Shown here piece by piece: positions 39,173 to 53,143 of a DNA stretch of 64,000 bases; positions within the stretch are counted from its first letter, which is position 1; every line of letters begins with the position of its first letter. Origin of the DNA: the human T2T-CHM13v2.0 reference genome, Homo sapiens; the NCBI RefSeq assembly GCF_009914755.1, contig NC_060933.1. The stretch is one strand, 5' to 3'. Under the pieces are notes generated by a model that was not told the origin of the DNA, searched no databases, and worked only from the letters and a program-made list of their open reading frames with translations. The position numbers and the translations under genes are program-made.

Positions 39173-39710
39173 TAAATTTTAAGTTCTTGAACCAACCTAA
39201 GCACTTTGAGAGGTTACAGATATACATATTATCTATATCTACAGCTATATTTATCTATCTACCTATTTTTCTTTTAATTGTTCAGTAAAGCTCCTTGCTT
39301 GAATTTTAAAATATTCCAATCTTTCTAAAATTTAAAATATTGATAACACTCATTACTGTTGGGAATATAGCTTGGTACACACATTTTAGAGGCAATTTGA
39401 CATTACAAACCACAATATTTCACATTATTAATATTTTAATATACCTTAAATAAATGATTTGAAATGTATAAGAAGATATGTGGAAAAATATTTTTGGTTA
39501 GGCTCTTTGAATAGTTTAATATTGAAAACCAATTCACAACAAAACCAGATTGCCTACAAAATTGCAAATGTATAATCGTATCAATGAATATGACTCAATA
39601 ATGAAAATGACAATGTAGATTTCTATTTGTTGTTAAGGAAAAATTCAAGTATTACATTATCAAGAGCAAAGTATGTAAACTATGTTCATCATAAAGTCAC
39701 GTTAAAGGCG

Positions 39711-39750
39711 GATAGATAGATAGATTGATAGATAGATAGATAGATAGATA
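39711..39750. repeat. (GATA)n microsatellite, interrupted
   Basis: Direct reading. Confidence 0.95.
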
Positions 39751-41636
39751 ATCTCTGTGTTTAGCGAGCAAGCTCGTTACCTAACTATTTTCTTATCTAT
39801 TAATGGAAGTTAGTGAATGAATGTAGGATTGGAATGGTTATTGGTAGAGGAGAGTAGTAAGAATTGTTTCTATAGCATTCACCAATAAACAGGTTGTAAT
39901 AGATACACAGAGTGAAAGGTAGAGCCTTAGATCTATAGAGGTGAAGTTAGGGAATTTTAACCTAGACATTCTCACAACCTCCTCCCCCAGCCCCCCAACA
40001 CAGAAGGTCTTTAGAGGGCATAGTATGAGGAGAGAGAAAGTAAATAAATAACTTACTGCAGTTTTTGAACTTTTGATTGACCAGGATGATAAACACTAGG
40101 AAGCAGATGACAGGAATAACTGGATCCTTGTGCACTGTTCGAATAAAGTGGTTACTCAGATGAGGGGGTGAGGCAAGAATTCTTATAGATACCTAGCATA
40201 AGCACTGTGAGCCTGTACCTAATCCATTCTACCAGAAGGAAAAATATAAACAGATAGCAATTCACCTGGTATTTGCATATGTTGAGCCCTGAGGAAGCAG
40301 GAAGAGTAACCTGGTCTCTCTTCAGCCACCCAGGATGAGAGATAAATGTGAGCTGTTCTGAGATTGTGAAGTTTGAGAAGCAAATCTCCCTCCCCTTAAA
40401 GATTAGAGAAGACTTTCAGATATATCTAGCCACTTACTCAAGGATAAAAATTGGTTTTGCCAGAAAAGGCAAAGATTTCCTCTATCAGGAAGATAATGTT
40501 CAGATCTGAAAGTTACACCTACCACACATTTGAGCCTGGCCGTGATCAGTTCAGATCGAGGACAGACAGGAAGCCTAACAGAGCAGTTAGAGAAATGCGC
40601 TTCCTGAAACATACAAGAGTCTCTGCCTTGGAGAGCAAACTTTAGCTTCTGAGCAAAAGTTCAGAATCTGCAAGACAAAGGGAGAAGAGTAGCATCAGTC
40701 TTTAGGATTTTAAATATAAAAGATACATTAGAGGAATTATATTTTAAGCATTTACTATGTGTTAGGCAAAATTTGAATTCCATTACATGTATCAGTGCAT
40801 GCAGTCTTTATAATATTGGCTTACATATTCATATCACGTAACCCCAGATAAGGACTCATATTTGCAATCTAAAGAAGGTAAGAGTACATTGACATATGCT
40901 TAAGAATATACAAAAATGAGAATATGGCCTTAAAAATCAAAAAAGAATACTCTCCCTCAAGTGACCATTATGCAAAGGCATTGTGAATTAGAGCTCTGGA
41001 GGAGTGATATATTTCCCACATAAATGACAACTTATTATGGTTGAATTTGATCCCCAAATGAAACATAAGGAGTTTATATTTAAAATTACAACTTTCCATT
41101 TCTCAATTGTATGTGTGGCAATTATGTTATAAAAGTCATATTGTCCCTTTGTACACAAAACACTTGAGGAATAATTTATATTTTTTCAGAGTGTTTTTCA
41201 CAGATGGTTCTTAAATAAGGTGGTCTTTCTCAGGAAAATAAAAACCAACTACCCTCCTAATTAAGATAATAACAAGAATAAGTACAAGAATCATGCTGGC
41301 CAGAGCTTTTAAGAGCACGCTGAAGTCCATGGGTTGCTGAAATGTTTGCTTCTGACAGGAATGAAAGCATATTTAATCACTACGCTCAATAATTTATTAG
41401 GACCATGCGATCTCCACCATTATACATGTGGAGAAAGCACAGGGCACTGTTGCTTTGAAAGCAAAGGACACTGACAAGATGGAGAACTAGCCTATGCGGC
41501 TGGCTCTCTTTCCTATAGCAGCTTGCTATAAATGCAAGCACGAAAGGAACATAAAAAATAAAAAGCCACTGAGAAGAGCAAAGGCATTTAGGGGATGATA
41601 TTGGCGGTAGCCTGGATTGGAAGACAGGTAGGGGAG

Positions 41637-42532
41637 TGTATCAGCCATCTTGGGCTGCCATAACAAAATACCACAGACTGGGTGATTTAAGCAACAGCAA
41701 TTTATTTCTCACAGTTTTGGAGGCTGGGAAGTCCAAGATCAAGGTGCTGGCTGATTCAGTTCCTGGTGACAGCTTTCTCCCTGGCTTGCAGATGGCCTTC
41801 TTCTTGCTGTGTGCTCACATGACTTCTTATTTTGGTAGGTTTGGACAGAGAAAGGGAGAAAAATACATATATAATGTCTCTTTCTTTAGTGTTAACTTTG
41901 ATTCCCTATTACACATACTATTTTTATTATTATACTTTAAGTTCTGGGGTACATGTGCAGAATGTGCAGGTTTGTTACATAGGTATACACGTGCCATGGT
42001 GGTTTGCTGCAACCATCAACCCGTCATCTACATTAGGTATTTGTCCTAATGCTATCCCTCCCCTAACCCCCACCCCACTACCCACTACAGGCCCTGGTGT
42101 GTGTTGTTCCCCTCCCTGTGTCCATGTGTTCTCCTTGTTCAACTCCCACTTGTGAGTGAGAACATGTGGTGTTTGGTTTTATGTTCTTGTGCTAGTTTGC
42201 TGAGAATGATGGTTTCCAGCTTCATCCATCTCCCTGCAAAGGACATGAACTCATCTTTTTATGGCTGCATAGTATTCCATGGTGTATATGTGCCACATTT
42301 TCTTAATCCAGTCTATCACTGATAGACATTTGGGTTGGTTCCAAGACTTTGCTATTGCGAACAATGTCTCTTTTTATAAGGACACTAATCTTATGTGATC
42401 AGGACCCTACCCTTTTGACTTCATTTACTCTTAGTTACTTCTGTAAAGGATCTATCTCCAACTGTAGTCATATTGGAAGTTAGGGTTTCAACACACGAAT
42501 TTTGATGGGACACAGACATTCAGTCTCTATCA
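41637..42532 (-). mobile_element. MLT1A/MLT1A0 (MaLR) solo LTR interrupted by L1PA
   Basis: gggctgccataacaaaataccacagactggg...ggaagtccaagatcaagg...ttataaggacactaatc; TG/CA ends; TSD GGGAG/GGGAA. Confidence 0.9.
41884..42362 (-). mobile_element. L1PA6/7-like 3' end with 37-bp extra 3' segment
   Basis: Antisense L1 3' UTR at 41921-42362; TSD AATGTCTCTTT at 41873-41883 and 42363-42373. Confidence 0.92.
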
Positions 42533-43226
42533 GGGAAAAACTTTTATACTTTGTTCTTATCTTTCCTGTGAATTCTTTGCAATGATTGAAGGCTGCCCCT
42601 TTGCAGCAGAAACAGAAAGCAGTTCAGACTGAAGTGTGTCCCTGGTACAATATTAGAACATATTAAAGTCTTGCTGTTGAGAGAAGCTGATTATAATAGG
42701 TGAAGACAACAACCTCCCTCAGATGTTTGTTTACCCTTCTATCTTCTTGCCCTTCACCCTCCATGACTTGTTGATTACATCTTGAAAATATTGGCTCTAC
42801 ACAATACTACTGTTTCATAAACATTTAAGCTTCTCACAGGTGAAGGATTTAAGGTAAATACCTGACAGTGGTTAATATGCAAGGGTAATAAACAGTGCTT
42901 CAGTTTTGCGCAAGCCTCTTCATGTGGGGATCCTCCCCACATCTCTTCTTAATGTCACATGTAGGAGTGCAAACTGGAGCTTAACTTTCAACCCTTACTT
43001 AATGTATGTTGTGCAATGGAAGTTGAATTCTCCCAGGTAAACTTTAGTTTATATACCAGAGGACAGAAATCCCTGTTTAACAAACTAACAAGCAGAAAAA
43101 TCTGAACAATATATGCCACATGCAACAGAATTATTGATAGCGGCAGACCGCAATTTTAAAACAGGCTTAATGACGATCCTCAAAACAGAAATAAGACTTT
43201 TTAAAGTAGAAATATTCTAAATGAAT

Positions 43227-43734
43227 ATATTTATATATATATGAATTTATATATAATATATATTTATATATATTACATATATATTATATAATATATATAT
43301 TATATATAAATATATATATATATAAATATATTGATTGTATGTATCATTATATTGATACATATATCAATATATATTATATTGATATATATAAATATATATA
43401 AAATTTATATATTATATAATATATATATAAATTGATATATATTTATTTATATATATATAAAATTTATATATCATATATATAATATATAATATATTTTATA
43501 TAATATATAATATATATTATGTAAAATATATATTATATAATATATATTATATTTATATATTATATTAATATATATTATATATTTATATATAATATATAAA
43601 TATATATTACATATTTATATATAATATATAAATATATAATATATAAATAGAATATATATTATATAAATATAAATATATATTAAATATATATTTTATATGT
43701 ATAAATATATATTATATATATAAATTATATATAT
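43227..43734. repeat. About 510-bp TA-rich low-complexity array
   Basis: Almost only A/T; flanked by 17-bp direct repeat AAATATTCTAAATGAAT. Confidence 0.95.
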
Positions 43735-43935
43735 AAATATTCTAAATGAATGCAGTCAAAGAATGAATTACTGAGCTGGAAGATTGTATTGAAAGGCTTT
43801 TTCAGAAGTCAACATGAATGTTTAAAGGATAAGTAATATGGAGAGAAGAAAAAATATATAATATCATTCTTTAAAAAATTGAGTCTTGCAGAGAAACAGT
43901 GAATAAAGACAATAAAGCTTCCTTTTATTTCTTAC

Positions 43936-44235
43936 TTTTTTTTGTTTCATTTTGTTTTCCTTTGTTTTTAAGACAGAGTTACCCAGGCTGACGTACAGTG
44001 GCACAATCCCAGCTCACTAAAGACTCCCAATCTCCAGCACTCCTCCCACCTCAACCCCCTGAGTGTGTGAGACTACAGGCGTGCGCCACCGTGCCCAGCT
44101 AATTTTTAAACTTTTTGTACAGACGGGGTTTCACCATGTTGCCCAGGCTGGTCTCAAACTCCTGGGCTCAAGTGATCTCTCTGCCGTGGTCTCCTAAAGG
44201 GCTGGGATTACAGGCAGGAGCCACTGCACCTGGCC
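43936..44235 (-). mobile_element. AluJ
   Basis: ttgcccaggctggtctcaaactcctgggctcaagtgat; degenerate TSD ttatt(t/c)ctta. Confidence 0.92.
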
Positions 44236-44635
44236 TTATTCCTTATACTGCTATCCATGCTGCATTTAAAGCAAGAAAAAAGAAATAATGTGTTGAAATG
44301 AAAGCATACCTATAATGAGAAACAAATTGTCTGTAGAACAAAAGTACTTCTGATATGTTGATATATATTAAACCCATTAAAGGAGAGAATTAGAGCCAAG
44401 TGATTGTATACATTAATAGATTTGTTGGGAAGCTATTTTCTCATTTTCTTTTTAAGCTATGGACTACTAAAAATATCCACATTCACCTAAGAGACACACT
44501 CACACAATACTTTGACCAAAAAAGCCACTCTATGACATCTCATTTGTAATGAATAAAAATGGTAGATAAACTGTTCTCCAGTAGTTACATGACGAAATAT
44601 TTCTATGAGAAATACTAATTGAAATTAGACTATCA

Positions 44636-44790
44636 CCAGGTGTGGTTGCTCACACATGTAATCCCAGCTACTTGGAAGCCTGAGGCAGGAGAATCGTTTG
44701 AGGCCAAGAGTTTGAGACCAGCCTGGGCAGCATAGTGAGACTCCGTCTCTAAAAATATAAATACATACATACATACATACATACATACAT
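44636..44790 (+). mobile_element. FLAM (Alu monomer) with (ACAT)n tail
   Basis: Single monomer; TSD ACTAT(C/A)ACC. Confidence 0.88.
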
Positions 44791-45139
44791 ACTATAACCT
44801 ATGTGGAGTAAATAGACACCAGAGGTCACTGAATCACACTTTGCAATTAGATTCTAGCTGAAATGGAAGAGACCCCTAATGTTACCTTACCAACTCATAA
44901 TTACAGTAACTCAAAATGTTTTCTCTCAACATTAATATAAGAAATGGAAGTAGACTATCATTAAGTGGGTAAGTGGAACATTTTATTTGACTGAAATTAT
45001 CTGGAAAATGGGCCACATATTAAATTAGCATTACAATGGCCAACACACAGTTAGCCTAACCATTAAATGTAATAGGTAACCTTATTAAAATGTGAATCAT
45101 GTGATTAGGGGTAACATCTTGCTACATGATTTCTGGTAT

Positions 45140-45320
45140 GTTTAGAACCTAAGTTCCAAGAGGACAGGAATGAGATAAATCTAGTTTATAAGACATAACC
45201 AATGCTGGGTTCTAACATGAAAACTAGAGACTTGGAAGTTTATTTGTTCACCAACATTTTGAACTGTGTCTTAGCTCATAAAAAGATCAATAAATACTCC
45301 TTGAATTAATACATATATGA
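45140..45320 (+). mobile_element. L2 3' end
   Basis: taagttccaagaggacaggaa...ttgttcacc...tcaataaatac..ttgaattaat. Confidence 0.55.
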
Positions 45321-45506
45321 ATTAATTGTAGGAAAATAATAAATTTTCTGAAGTCATCAGTGTTTATACTCATGGTTATTCATGATAATGGTTCTAAAGA
45401 ATTTGAAAATTTATTCAAAACGTATTTACTGCGCACCAACTTTTTGCTAGACATGCACACAGATTATATTTTCCTATTCAGTTTTATTATCCTTTCATGT
45501 TATTAG

Positions 45507-46411
45507 AATACATACAGGAAAAATTTTTAAAAAACTAAAATAATACAATTTCAAATATTTGATTTCTGTCAGTACAAATGACATGTTGAGAAATTCACAA
45601 TCATTAACCAAATAATTCACAGTTTTGCCACTTCCTACACATGAGTTGTCTCTGCTATCCATAGGGAAAGATTGTGTAAAGGAAAGATTTTAATAGAGCA
45701 CTGTGGTGCCTGGTTTATATCATGACTACTAGTGACATTAGAGTAAAATTTAGAAAGCAAAATGCATAAGGGGAAATAAAATGAGGAATGCAGATCCAGG
45801 TTTGAAAATCAAAAACAGAATCAATTAAGGAAGAAATTTTCTTAATGCAGACACTTATGTGATATGAAAGTAGATCAACCTCATTAACAAAATTTAATTT
45901 TTTAAGTCTGCAACTAAAATAATTAGAGGCTAAAAAACAAATTGGCTAAGAATCCCTTGGAAAGCCAATATAGTCTCATTGATATCAAGTGCCATAAGAA
46001 ATAAATCTGATTGAATTTTCATGTGTTCAAATGTTTATTCATTGTTCAATAAATCAAAGAATTCTAAATGTTCCCTGTAAGGGGCACATAAATATTAGCA
46101 ATTTCTCAGATCAAGGCTGTGGCTCAACTAGTCTTTGAGCTTTTGTATTTGAATGTACCGAATACAACTTATCGTCTTGAGTAAAAAACATATTTATAGT
46201 GGGACATTATCTGAGAATTATTTAATTCCACTCAAAGTAAAACTTCTGATCATAATGAAAAATCAACAATGAATGTATAGTAAATTTTGTTTAAATATTT
46301 TAATTATATATACGTAATTAAATACATATGGGAAATATTGTAAAAAACTAAAATAATGCAATTTCAAATATTTGTTTTTTGTCAGTATAAATGATATGTT
46401 GGGAAATTCAC
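45507..46411. repeat. Dispersed about 91-bp direct repeat (45507-45598 and 46321-46411)
   Basis: Manual alignment gives about 10-11 differences. Confidence 0.9.
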
Positions 46412-46417
46412 TAGTGA

Positions 46418-46724
<307 letters not shown>

Positions 46725-47459
46725 GATATATATTTTTTAAATGAAGCCTTCTAAATGTCTTTGTATCTGTCTTGTTCACTGAGCTTCAAATATTAAATTG
46801 AAAAAATGCTTAAAAGAATTTTAGAATATAATCAGTGAAGCATTTAAGATCATCATCAACTGTTACACTATTTTGATTAATCTGGTTGTTAAGGATCAAT
46901 TATCGATTGCAGACAAAAAAAAACACAAAATGTAAACATTTTAAAACTACAAGAACAGCACCTATATACAGTTTCATGTGATCAGTGTTGCTAATGGTAT
47001 GAGTAAAGTCTTTCTCTATACATCTTGAGCCCTTTAAAAAAAACCTAGCTCGGAAAACTGCATACTCATGCATCGGGAGACCAATAATGGGAAATGCAAA
47101 TATCCTCAATAAAGTGAAACATAAAGAACAGTCATTTAGGATGAAATCCAAAATACTGAACATCAAATACCATCTGAATCTATAGATTGACTTTCCTTTT
47201 GGGACAGAATAATATTACACTATGTATTAAGAAGCATTATATTAATGAGCAAATTGATGATAGACTAATTCTAAAAGACCACAGAGAAATATCAGCTGAA
47301 ATATGTATTAGGTGTTCTGGTATTTGGGTAACAGAAAGATGAGAACATGCTGAGATGAGTATTAAAACAAAGTGGACAAATTCAACAAGCAAAAAATGTA
47401 ATAGACAAAATGGAAAGCAATTTAGCCAAATACAGTTAATTTAACAGATAGTGCTTAAG

Positions 47460-47585
47460 GCTACATTTCCCAAAATCAGGTCTGTTATACAAATGCATCA
47501 GAAATACCTTTAAATCTCTTAAAATGCAGATTCCTGGGCTAACTGTATGACACATTGAATCATAATGTATATTTTAAGAAAAGAT
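47460..47585. mobile_element. MER5A/B-like MITE fragment
   Basis: tgcatcagaaatacct...ttaaaatgcagattcctgggc...ttgaatca. Confidence 0.65.
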
Positions 47586-50206
47586 TTAGTGTAAAAGGAT
47601 CTAATAATTTCCAGAATAAAATAATGAACGAGAATATGTGCCAAAATAGTGAATTTTATGGTTATAGAGATTCTACTGTTTAAAAAAGTAAATTAAGCAA
47701 GAGCTGAATTAATTTCAAGTCTGATTTTGTTTTTCAAGGCTACTGCATAGATGATACTGTATATTTTCTATTCTAGCATACTAAAAGGCATAAAATGCTT
47801 TGGTTTTTTTCTGATTTGGATTTTGTTAAGTTGGATCTGTGATTTGGATGTTGTTATGATAAATTCTGAATTAACCATCACATAGTGGTTTTAATAGGTA
47901 TTGATGGTTGTTGCATACATGCATTATTTCTCCACCAGAAAAATCATAAAAGAATATTACAAAGAAAGAAAGAGAGAAAAAAATTAGCCTTCATTCACAC
48001 CTAAGGTATATCAATGCCAGATTATGACTACAGCAGTGAAGTAAGATCTTTTCTTCTCCTAATTCTCACCCTCCTCAAATAAGCACTCATCTCAAGACAC
48101 AAGCAATCCACAGACCAAATATTGAATAGGGAAGGAGGCTTGAACCAAGTGAAAAAACACAAGAAAAGCAAACATTTTTAAACTACTCATTATTTCAATT
48201 ATGATAAAATAGTGAAAAAAAAAGACAATCACACATCCAACACCCATTCTCTTCTACAGTCTGCATCAGTCTCTGAATGAGGAGAAGCTTTAAACTGAAT
48301 AAGAGACTGAAGCTTTGATGTAAGATTGAGTTGACTTCTAGAAACTTAAACAATGAGAGTGGTCCTTTAAAACAAAACAATTAGAAAAGCTATGGAGTGT
48401 GTGAGAGTCAGGGAAGAAAAACACAGAGATTGTAAGAATGATGTTGTTGTTTTTTTCTTGTACTCTACAAAGTTTGATTGTTAAATAAACAAATTACATT
48501 CATATAAAGTTATCAAAAGGTGTCCACTATACTGATTGGACTCATAATCGAAGGAAAGACTAAAAGCATTCTTTAAAATGTGCTTATAGTGAATTTCTTC
48601 AGCTGTCTCAGACTAGTGATTTTCTAACTTCAGAAAGAAAAAGTTCGTAAAACACAGTGTAAATGTCACAGATGATTGAATTGGAACATTTGGCTTGTTT
48701 GGGCATCCATGTAGAATTGTCAGTGATTGCTGCAATATTTTTCTTAATTGAAGCATACTCTGAATAACTATTTTACCAAGTTATTGTTGGTAGTGATAAC
48801 TAAGTATGGGTCCAGTCTCTTAATTAAATTCTGTTGTAAGCAATTTCATTCTTAAAATAGATTTCTACACAGGTTGAAGCAATCCTGGAAGGAATGCCAC
48901 GCATGTAAGCTAATGGCCTGGCGGGGTTCACAAGTATGAATGTGGGTTAATGCAAATGTAGTTAGCAGGATCATTCAGAACAGGGAGAGCTGGACGAAGG
49001 GAAAAGTCAATACCGATGAGGTAAATTTGGCAAAGTCCAAAAGTGGAGAAAAGGATCAGAACTGTAAAGCCAAGCAGAACGAGGTCATAATCACCTAAAA
49101 TTTTTAATAACTCTTCTATTTGCATCTCAGGACTTATTGATTTGAAACGAGGTGGTGGTGATCAGGATATCTTTTTATAGTCAAAGGAGCTTTAAATAAG
49201 CTTTTTCCATAAAGCCACACATTTCTTGTAGTCATATTTGCTGAGCTGAACAAAATGCTTTGTTGTTGAAAATGATCATAGTGGACATATTATATTATGT
49301 GGCTGATCAAAAGTATTTTATTTTGAAGATACGGTGTAATATATTCACTTGACAATAAGAAAGAAACTCATTTTCTTTTCTGTTTAAAAACATATGCAAA
49401 ATAAATGCAAAGGACTATAAGTTAGTAAGAATGTGAGGAGTTCGTGGTGTACCTTCTTTTATGATGCTCACACAACCAAAACCTAACTCCTATTGTTTCT
49501 TGAAATTTGAAATTGTAATATATGAGTAAATTAAAAAGTTGAAACCCTACTAGTAATATACTATTAAATTAAGTTCCCAAAGAAATTCAGAAGCAAACCC
49601 CCCATTTTAAACAGAGAAATAACACATACACACAATGATAAGGAATACTCATTAAAAGTCTCTAAATGTCTAAATGAACAACTGGAGTCAATTAATGGTG
49701 CATTCATAGAATGATATATAGTTATTCTAATGCAGATTATAAGATAATATTAATGACATTAAAAAGTCATGATGTTTTAAGTGAAAAGGGATTCATGAGT
49801 AAAAATCTATTCTTGAAAGGAAGAAATGTATATATATTCATGCAGAAAATGCTATCATAATAAATTACAATATGATAATAACTGTTACTTGGTAGTGTGT
49901 TGGCAAGTGTTTTTATTTTCACTTTTATCCATATTTTTAGAAGTCTTCTTATAAAATGTACTATATTAATTTTGAATAAATTAATATAATAAAATACATT
50001 CTTACAGGCATCTTGAGAGACATATAAGTAAGATAAAATGATTCCTTACACCCAAGAAATGTGAAAAGAATGAGGGGAGACTTCTTTTCATAGTAATGAT
50101 AAACTTAGTTATTTCGACTAACCTTCATGCTCCATGAAGCACGGAAACCAGGTAAGTTATATAAAATATAAACACATCTTCCTAGAAGCATAAAATAGTT
50201 ACTGGG

Positions 50207-50467
50207 TGCTATGAACTGAATTGTGCCTCCCCAAAGTTTATACGTTGAGTCCCTAGCCCCCATGGGATGATATTTGGAGGTGGAGATTTGGGGAAGTGAT
50301 TAGGTTCAGATGAGGTCATGAAATTGGAGCCCTCCCTTAGACACCACATCTGTCAGCACTTTGATTTTAGACTTGTTAGCCTCCAGAACTATGGAAAACA
50401 AATTTCCAGGTTGCTTAAGCCTATCCGTCTACGATATTTTGTCAAAGCAGCCTAACTGATTCAGATA
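50207..50467 (+). mobile_element. MLT1A-like solo LTR, internally deleted
   Basis: tgctatgaactgaattgtg...gattaggttcagatgaggtcatga|...agcctccagaactatg; TSD CTGGG/CTAGG. Confidence 0.88.
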
Positions 50468-51649
50468 CTAGGAATGTATGAAAATATTGTGCCACTATCT
50501 ACGAGATGAAAAATTAGACAGGCAAGCAGGCAAAAATTATTATTAGAAAGAAGATTTTCTGATTGAGACAAAGTGGCTTAGAGACTTAGCAAATCCCTGG
50601 GAGCCTTGCTCTGGAAAGCATCTAGAGCTTGCAAAAAATGAGGGCCCTAGTTAAATAGATCCAACTTGGTATTGGGAACTTGAAAGGCTAAAGAAGTTAA
50701 TGTGAATTGAAAGCTAATCAATATTCACATTAACTTGACTGGTCTTTGAATCATTTGGATGGCCTAGAATAATCTCAAGCCTTCAAATGTGATGATTCCA
50801 GATTGCCAGTGCTCCCAGATGTATGTGGAATAAAACAAATTTGATATGCATCTATATGAGGGACGATAACATCACCCTAACCTTCAAATTATTTACATTT
50901 GTATTTTCAAACGCATTGTCCTGCCCTCTCAAATATAACCAAGGCTATAAAGAAATAAAACAAGGTAAATGAGAACCAGCACAAACAACATATAATAAAA
51001 AGAGACATCAGATATTACAAATAGTGGAATTACTATTATAGATAGTGAAATAGGTATACTTAATATACTTAGGGAAATAATAGCTGATATTGAAAATATC
51101 GGCAGGAAATTGGAAATTATATAAGGTACTATTCAGAATTTTAAAATAAAAATAATTTAAAAATTCTAAAACTTAAAAAAATGTAACAATCCAAATTAAG
51201 AACCCAATGGGTGGATTACACAGCAGATTAGATGAAAGAAACTATCCCACACAAAGCATGGAGAAGAAATGTAAGAGAGAATAAGAGAAAATAGACCAGG
51301 TAAACCTAAGCTTAATTTAATTAGTGACTCAGAAATATTAAAAAGGAGAAATGGGGCAGAGGTTAACATGAAGACACAAGGGTTAAGAATCTTCCAAAAC
51401 TGATGGATGCTATCATTCAGAGATTCAAAAGCCTCAATAATTTTCAAGAAATTTAAATAAAATATTTCTACCTACAAACATTATAGTGAACGTGCTAAAA
51501 ACAAAGGCATTAAGGAGTGAGGGGTAAAGGTGAAAACCTTTAAATCAGCCAAATATTAAAAAGATTCTCTTTAAGGATCACCAGGTTACACTTTTAAGTG
51601 GTTTTTCACCTTTAACCATAAAAGGCAAATAAAATATCTGCCATTTTAT

Positions 51650-52410
51650 AAATTTCTTGCAAAACTAAACCTGCCTGTACTGTATGATCCAGCAATGGCA
51701 TTCCTTGGTATTTACTCAAACGAATTGAAGCATATCTACACAAAATCTGCACAGGGATATACATAACAGTTTTATTCATAATTGCCCAAACTTGGAAGCC
51801 ACCAAGATGTCCTTCCATATGTGAGTAGATAAGTAAACTGTGGTACATCTATACAATGTAGTATTGTTCAGCTTTAAAACAGACATGAGCTATTAAGCCA
51901 CGAAAAGACATGGAGGAAACTTAAATGCGTATTACTAAGCAAAAGAAACCATTCTGAAATGGCTACATATGATTCCAACTATATGACCTTCTGGAAAAGG
52001 CAAAACTATGGAGACAGTAAGATGATCAGCAGTTGCCAGGGGTTGGGGAAAAAAGAGGAAAAGTAGGCAGAACACAGAGAATTTGTAGAGCTGTGAACTA
52101 CTCTGTATGATACCACATAATAGCAGATACATGTCATTATACATTTGTCTAAACCTATAGAATGTACAACACCAAGAGTCAACCCTAATGAAAACTATGG
52201 GCTCTGGGTGATAAAGTTGGTGTCACTGTAGGTTCATCAGCTGTAACAAATGTACCACTTTGGTGCGGGATGTTGGTCATGGAGGAGGGCGGTGCATTTG
52301 TGGGGAAAGGGAGTATATGGACTATCTCTGTATCTTTCACTCAATTTTACTGTGAACCTAAAACTGCTCTTTAAAAAAAGGCTATATAAAAGAAAAGAAA
52401 CAAAAATAAG
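51650..52410 (+). mobile_element. L1MC1-like 3' end
   Basis: gaaaagacatggaggaaacttaaatgc, atagaatgtacaacaccaagagt.aaccctaatg; TSD AAAATATCTGCCA at 51631-51643 and 52411-52423. Confidence 0.92.
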
Positions 52411-53012
52411 AAAATATCTGCCAATTTAGAGTTACACTAACTGAAAATATACAAGAATCATGATAAATGAAATATACATTCAGTGAAACAAAAAGAAACT
52501 TACAAAAATATAAATACTAAAGGTTCAGTTTAATCAGAAGGAAAATACATTCAAATGGGAAAGGATACACAGCCTGGAATATATAGGAAGGCAAAGAAAA
52601 TGCACACAGGAATAAATAAATAAAAATACAAAAATTATGTGCATAACTTTAAGTGAGAATGAATTGTTAAAAATAAAAATCACATTTCATGTTTTATAAC
52701 AGTAATAATAATATCTTATAAGTTGTAAGCAGAAAAATAAAATTAAACTTTTCAAATATCCCTGCATTTTACTTTGAGAGAAGGGCAAAATTACCAATTA
52801 ACATTAGAATTCGATAAATCAAGGATTAAATTTTAATGTCTATAACTAAAAAAGTATTTAACTATCAAACTAATAAAGGGAATAAAAATAAATAAAAGAT
52901 CATCGATCATATCAAAATTAGAAGGTAGTAGATAGATAAACCAGGTGAACACTAACCAGAGCAAAGCTTACATAATTACATTAGTAATACAAAATAGATG
53001 TTAAAGCAAAAT

Positions 53013-53062
53013 TATAACTAAATAACTGTAATAACTATAACTAGATAACTATTATAACTATA
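53013..53062. repeat. Degenerate (ATAACT)-based tandem repeat
   Basis: Direct reading. Confidence 0.8.
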
Positions 53063-53143
53063 AATGAATCATGATGAAAAATGCTTTAATTAACCAGGAC
53101 GATACTAAATGTAAATATACATACATTTATTAAAATAGTCTTA

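Larger units (their letters stand above)
50079..53140 (+). mobile_element. Very old L1M(E) 5'/ORF1/ORF2-start scaffold hosting MLT1A, L1MC1 and L1MA insertions; resumes at about 58267-59110
   Basis: aatgggtggattacacagcagattaga, aatcttccaaaactgatg, cattatagtgaa, gtatatttctgatgacaatgcaactaaacta (SDHN-like). Confidence 0.6.

Noticed and set aside
48880-48970. Octamer ATGCAAAT (48950) plus GGAATG as an enhancer
   Set aside because: Short motifs are expected by chance in 64 kb of AT-rich DNA.
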